DNA from: Pseudoxanthomonas sp.
GTDB taxonomy: Bacteria; Pseudomonadota; Gammaproteobacteria; Xanthomonadales; Xanthomonadaceae
Assembly (NCBI GenBank): GCA_052040085.1
Contig: JBQGFJ010000293.1
Location: 1 to 52,101 of the forward strand
Direction: 5' to 3'
Length of the DNA: 52,101 nt
The translations under genes were made by a program, and so were the position numbers. Shown one piece after another: positions 47,710 through 52,101 of the stretch (within the stretch, counting starts at the first letter, position 1; every line of letters starts with the position of its first letter). Under the pieces are notes generated by a model. It was not told the DNA's origin. It saw only the letters and a list, made by a program, of their open reading frames with translations, and ran no database searches.

Positions 47710-49332
47710 TCAGCGCGCCTGCAACTGCAACAGGACCTGGCTGCCATCCTGGTCCGGCACCACGTCTTCCATGGTGCTGGCGACCAGCAGGTTCACGCTG
47801 AAGCGCTTGCTCCAGATGAAATTGACGCCCGCGCCGGCACTTTGCAACGTCACGTCGCGCGTGCCCAGCTCCGTGGCCTTGCCGTAATCGTAGAACAGGA
47901 AAGTCTGCCAACGCTCGTTGAGGTGCCAATAACCCTCCAGGTTCACCGCGATGCCGTGCGGCGAGGCGATCACGCCCGGATCATAGCCGCGGGTGACGCC
48001 CACGCCACCGAACTGGAAATACAGTGCCGAGGGCAGGCTTTCCGCATCATTGCTGCGTTGCCAGGCAAGACGCCCGACCAGCTCATAACGCTCGCCGAAC
48101 ACGCGGCTCAGGTAGCCTGCGCCGTTGAACAGCACGTAGTTCCCGCTCTCTCCGCTGATGCGATTGTCCGTGGAAGCCTGCCTGATCCGCTGGTCGTAGC
48201 GGATGTACCACGGTGCACTGCGGTATTCAGCGGTTCCCTTCAGCGTGAACTCGCCGATATCGGTATCACTGAGCGGCAAGCCTTCGATGGTGGTTTCCGA
48301 ACCCTGTTGGACGTAGCCGACACCACCGCGCAACAGCCACTTCGGATTTATCCACCAGGGATGGTCATAGCCTGCGGAGTAGATCTGCGAATCACCCTCA
48401 ATGTTGAGGTCCGAATAAGGACCCTCGGTGATCTCCATGGTGTTCGCGCCGGCTTCCACGTACACCACGCCGTTGTAACGGTTCACGGGGCGACTGTAGC
48501 GGAGACTGCCGAAACGCGAATCCGCGCTCAACACGGCCAGGGCGGTCAACGAATCGGCCGCTCCCGTGGGTGAAAACCACACGAAAGTACCGCCGTACTG
48601 AGTCCGTCCGCTGCCCACGTTGCCATGGTTGTTGGCGAATGCCATCCATTGCAGGCGTTCGGGCTCGAACGCCTGCAGGTTCACCCGCGTGGTCCCGAAT
48701 GTTTGCCCGGGCGCCAGGCTGGCGCTTACCTGCGGGCCAGGCGTAGTGGCATTCAAACGCTGTATGTCCGCCATCAGGGCGGGCGCATCCAGCACCGCAC
48801 CCTGCTCTATCCCGAGACGGCGATCGTAGAACGAGGGATCCACCCGGCGAGGTTCGCCTTCCCAGGTCACTTCATCCACCCGGGCTTCGACCAGCAGGAT
48901 CTTGAGCAATCCATCATTCAAGGTCTGTGGCGGAATGATGGCCCGTGCCGTCACCTGTCCGGCCCGTTCGTACAGCGCATTGATTTGTGCCAGCAGTTCA
49001 TTCAGATCGGCAAAGCGGATCTCACGGCCCACATAGGGCCGGGCCAGTGCTTCCAGTTCCGCCGCATCCAGGAACCTGGACGGACTGAACTGGATGGTCT
49101 GCACCACGAAGACCGCATCCTGGTCGATCTGCACCGCCATCGTGCCGGCTTCACCCTGCAGGGCAGGCACCTCGACTTGCCGTGCCCGCTCCTCGACTGC
49201 ACGCTGCCGCTCCATGTCCTGGATCCGCTGGCGTTGCAGGCCAGGATCAATCTGCGATGGCACCTGCGCCATCACGTGTCCGGGCAAAAGCAACATGCAC
49301 GCCAGTGCACAGGCCGAGATTCCCGATTGCAT
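47710..49332 (-). CDS. TpsB (ShlB/FhaC/HecB) two-partner secretion transporter
   Basis: Signal peptide, POTRA motifs (INALY...G.VTARA.IPPQ), NNHGN..SG, VTRGY (VRGY-like loop 6); TGATG-coupled to tpsA. Confidence 0.88.
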   Translation of the reverse strand: MQSGISACALACMLLLPGHVMAQVPSQIDPGLQRQRIQDMERQRAVEERARQVEVPALQGEAGTMAVQIDQDAVFVVQTIQFSPSRFLDAAELEALARPYVGREIRFADLNELLAQINALYERAGQVTARAIIPPQTLNDGLLKILLVEARVDEVTWEGEPRRVDPSFYDRRLGIEQGAVLDAPALMADIQRLNATTPGPQVSASLAPGQTFGTTRVNLQAFEPERLQWMAFANNHGNVGSGRTQYGGTFVWFSPTGAADSLTALAVLSADSRFGSLRYSRPVNRYNGVVYVEAGANTMEITEGPYSDLNIEGDSQIYSAGYDHPWWINPKWLLRGGVGYVQQGSETTIEGLPLSDTDIGEFTLKGTAEYRSAPWYIRYDQRIRQASTDNRISGESGNYVLFNGAGYLSRVFGERYELVGRLAWQRSNDAESLPSALYFQFGGVGVTRGYDPGVIASPHGIAVNLEGYWHLNERWQTFLFYDYGKATELGTRDVTLQSAGAGVNFIWSKRFSVNLLVASTMEDVVPDQDGSQVLLQLQAR

Positions 49333-52101
49333 CAATTTCCCCACAGCATTGCCCCCAGGTTGCGTTGTTCGCGGCCTTCGCCTTCTTCATCTTCTTCATC
49401 CTCGCTGTCCGGCACCAGGTTGAACAGTGCGCTTGCCGGCAGTGAGTACCAGGCCAGTTCCCAACCCTCGGGCGCCGTTCCCTTGACGAACATGCGTCCA
49501 CGCATTGCTGCCGTACGCTCGGTGGTGAAGCCTTCCGAGAGGTGCTGTTCGCTGTAACCGGCCGCACTGTTGCGCTGGTACTGGAGCGGGGAATCCACCC
49601 CGTGCTCCTGCTGGAAGTTCGGCACCAGTACCTGGTGGGTATAACGACGGTGCACCACATAGGCATTCGTCGTGCTCACCTTGCCTTCCTGCAACAACTG
49701 GAAGGCCTTGTCGAGCTCATGCAGCTGCACGTCGGCTTCGGCCAAATGATCCGGCGTGGTGTTGTCCATCAACACCGTGGCCTGCGGCATGTACAGGCGC
49801 AGGTAATCCACGCCCTTCGCATCCTTGATGTCCACCCGGTCGGACGTGGTGTGGAACGTGGTATCCACCACATGCAGGCGCGGCACCAGGATGTCGTTCG
49901 CTTCCAGGCGGAGATCCAGGCGCTCGGCGATGGGTTCGCCACTGCCTTCGGCCAGGAATACCAGTTGCCCGGTGCCGGTGTGGCGACCATGGAACGTCAT
50001 GTCGCGGCCGTGCAGGTCCACCGACTTGCCGATGTTGCCATCGCCCACGTGGATCCGGTTGCCCGCGAAGATGCTCAGGTTCGGCGCATGGGCTTCGTCC
50101 AGCCAGGCATCGGCATCCGATGCCTGGCCATTACGCCAGCCCGCATGCAGGGTGGCATCGCCAGCCGAGCGCAACTCGCCGCCCTTGATGCCCAACAAGC
50201 CATCCAGGAATGTCTGGGCTCCGGCCAACAGGCGGTCGAACTCGATATCGCTTTCGGCACGCCAATCCTGGTAACCGCCGCTTTCGCTGGTGCCGACACG
50301 GATGGCACCACGTGCCAGCAAATCGATGTCTTCGGACGAGAACAGATTGCCGAAGCTGAGGTTCTGTCCGTTGACCGCGATATCGCCATTGCGCGCCACC
50401 ACTTCGCCTGCCTGCACATCGCCGCCGGCATCCAGGGTGATGCGTCCGGAAATCGGCTCACCTTCGTATTCGCCGTGGGAAACGATGCCGCGCTGGACCA
50501 CGATGTCGCCACCGGCATCGATGTCGATGTTGCCGCCGGCATCCACGCCATCATCCAGGCGGACCGACCCGCCCGCATCCACGTCGACATGGCGACCGGC
50601 CTTGATGCCGGCCAGGTCGATGTTTCCGCCTACGGTGAAGTACAGATCACGGCCAGCCTCGGCCAGTCCGGCGACATCCAGGTTGCCGCCCACGCCCACC
50701 CGCAGGTCGTTGCCGGCCTTCAAGGAATACGTGCCACCGAACACCACTTCCGGCATGGTCAGGTTGCCACCGGCGATGATGCTCAAGTCACCGAAGGCTT
50801 CCACCTTCAGGCCCACGATGTCGTTCTCGGCCTGCATGAACACGTCCGACTGCAGGCTTTGTGCACGGCCCAGGCTGATGTTGCGCCCGATCAGGCGCAC
50901 TTCGCCTACCGCCTCGGCATTGCCGCCGAAGATGTCGCCATCGGTTTGCACCAGCATGTTTTGGCCAGACCACAGATGCGAGGCCGTCAGCACATCCGGA
51001 TCCGCCGGATCGGCAGGCACGCCGAAGTGGATGTCGGCATGGGAACCGGCTTCGCCGCTCAAGGTCAGGTTGCCGCCACTGCGTCCGGTCAGGATGCGCA
51101 GCGGGCCTTCCATGACATGGGCATCCAGCGTCAAGGCCGCGGTGACATTGCCCAGGTCGGCGGATCCAGACGTCAGGTCCACACGGCCTTGCAGGCTGTG
51201 CAGTTCATCGACATCAAAGGCGCGCGCCGCATCCAGTACCAGATGGCCAGTCCTGCTTTGCAGCGTACCCAGGTCGGCCGAACCCACGTCGAAGCGCGCG
51301 TCGCCCTGTACATCGGCATGACGGCCGATCCAGTCACCGGCACCCGTTACCTCCAGCGTCTGGCCGATGTGCAGCTCGTCATAGGCCAGCGTCCCGGCCG
51401 GGCCGATATGGGCCAGGCGCGCATCGTCACTGACTACCGCCGTGCCCAGTGACAGGTTTTCACGGACCTGCAGGTCCAGATCGCCTTCAATGCCCAGACG
51501 GCCGATACGCGAAGCATTGGTGACAACGATCCGGGTAGAGCCCGCATCCAGCGTGCCCAGCGACAGGTCGCCGCTCAACGCGACATCCACTTCGCCCGTC
51601 ACCGTGGCTTGCTCCACGACCGCATCGCCGCCATCGAGCTGCCAATCGCCAGCCACGGCCAGCGTATTCATGCCGAGGCGGCCAGCCTGCAATCGCGCAT
51701 CACCCTGGATCGAAGCGGCGACGATGTCGGCTTCGCCCGCCTCCAGTACCCAGTCACCGCCCACCGTCAGCTGTTGCTGCGTCAGCGCGCCCACGGTCTG
51801 CGTGGCATTGCCGGCCACGGTGGCGGTGCCGATATCAGCCGTTCCCGCTTCCAACGTCCAGTTGCCCTCCACGGCCAGGTCGCCCAGCACCAACGTATCG
51901 GTGACGACGAGGTCGGCATCACCCGTGATATCCGCCGTGCCGACATCCGCCGTCACCGCTTCCAGCGTCCAGTTGCCACCCACAGTGAGATCGCCCAGCG
52001 ACAGCGTACCGGTGACCACCATGTCGGTGTCGCCGGTATCGCTCTCGGCATTGCCCAGGGTCAGGTCATCGGCCTGCAGGTCCAGGTCACCATAGGCATA
52101 C
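49332..52101 (-). CDS. C-terminal part of a large TpsA filamentous haemagglutinin-like exoprotein (5' end beyond the window)
   Basis: Frame open to the window edge; G/D/L/A/T/V-rich beta-helix repeats (AGGNL, AGGDI, VGGNWTLEA); coupled to tpsB. Confidence 0.85.
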   Translation of the reverse strand, partial: YAYGDLDLQADDLTLGNAESDTGDTDMVVTGTLSLGDLTVGGNWTLEAVTADVGTADITGDADLVVTDTLVLGDLAVEGNWTLEAGTADIGTATVAGNATQTVGALTQQQLTVGGDWVLEAGEADIVAASIQGDARLQAGRLGMNTLAVAGDWQLDGGDAVVEQATVTGEVDVALSGDLSLGTLDAGSTRIVVTNASRIGRLGIEGDLDLQVRENLSLGTAVVSDDARLAHIGPAGTLAYDELHIGQTLEVTGAGDWIGRHADVQGDARFDVGSADLGTLQSRTGHLVLDAARAFDVDELHSLQGRVDLTSGSADLGNVTAALTLDAHVMEGPLRILTGRSGGNLTLSGEAGSHADIHFGVPADPADPDVLTASHLWSGQNMLVQTDGDIFGGNAEAVGEVRLIGRNISLGRAQSLQSDVFMQAENDIVGLKVEAFGDLSIIAGGNLTMPEVVFGGTYSLKAGNDLRVGVGGNLDVAGLAEAGRDLYFTVGGNIDLAGIKAGRHVDVDAGGSVRLDDGVDAGGNIDIDAGGDIVVQRGIVSHGEYEGEPISGRITLDAGGDVQAGEVVARNGDIAVNGQNLSFGNLFSSEDIDLLARGAIRVGTSESGGYQDWRAESDIEFDRLLAGAQTFLDGLLGIKGGELRSAGDATLHAGWRNGQASDADAWLDEAHAPNLSIFAGNRIHVGDGNIGKSVDLHGRDMTFHGRHTGTGQLVFLAEGSGEPIAERLDLRLEANDILVPRLHVVDTTFHTTSDRVDIKDAKGVDYLRLYMPQATVLMDNTTPDHLAEADVQLHELDKAFQLLQEGKVSTTNAYVVHRRYTHQVLVPNFQQEHGVDSPLQYQRNSAAGYSEQHLSEGFTTERTAAMRGRMFVKGTAPEGWELAWYSLPASALFNLVPDSEDEEDEEGEGREQRNLGAMLWGN

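Noticed and set aside
49542-51452. 636-aa plus-strand ORF, and similar long ORFs at 12120-13727, 18067-19689 and 21110-23035
   Set aside because: Each lies almost entirely antisense to well-supported genes and has no recognisable domain

Overview
GC-rich window that reads as Xanthomonadaceae/Lysobacteraceae chromosome, inferred from gene content and order, the REP families and an IS407-group remnant. Core genes include a DcaP-like porin, an MFS transporter, a desaturase, rmuC, rlmI, a rhomboid protease, a patatin, tex, mnmG, bioB-F-H-C, comF, ubiA and manC/xanB. Accessory or unusual parts: (1) at the left end, an acetyl-CoA synthetase N-terminus fused in frame to a lytic murein transglycosylase C-terminus, probably an assembly chimera or deletion; (2) an NHL-propeller/M23-peptidase fusion; (3) a lower-GC islet of four small ORFs behind a 120-bp IS3-family remnant; (4) a divergent SqrR/BigR-type persulfide cluster with two rhodaneses, a methyltransferase, an AhpD/CMD protein, DUF2892, an RND pump and OsmC, with a tandem ATTAG-N6-CTAAT operator and no SQR or PDO; (5) upstream of mnmG, a sigma54 promoter, a ~115-nt G-rich non-coding unit and a terminator, facing a convergent, partly complementary C-rich structured region (candidate sRNA pair); (6) a hipBA-type toxin-antitoxin insertion; (7) at the right end, a two-partner secretion locus (tpsA-tpsB) followed by a SapC-family gene. 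No tRNA, rRNA or CRISPR array was seen. All family calls come from motif recognition, not database searches.
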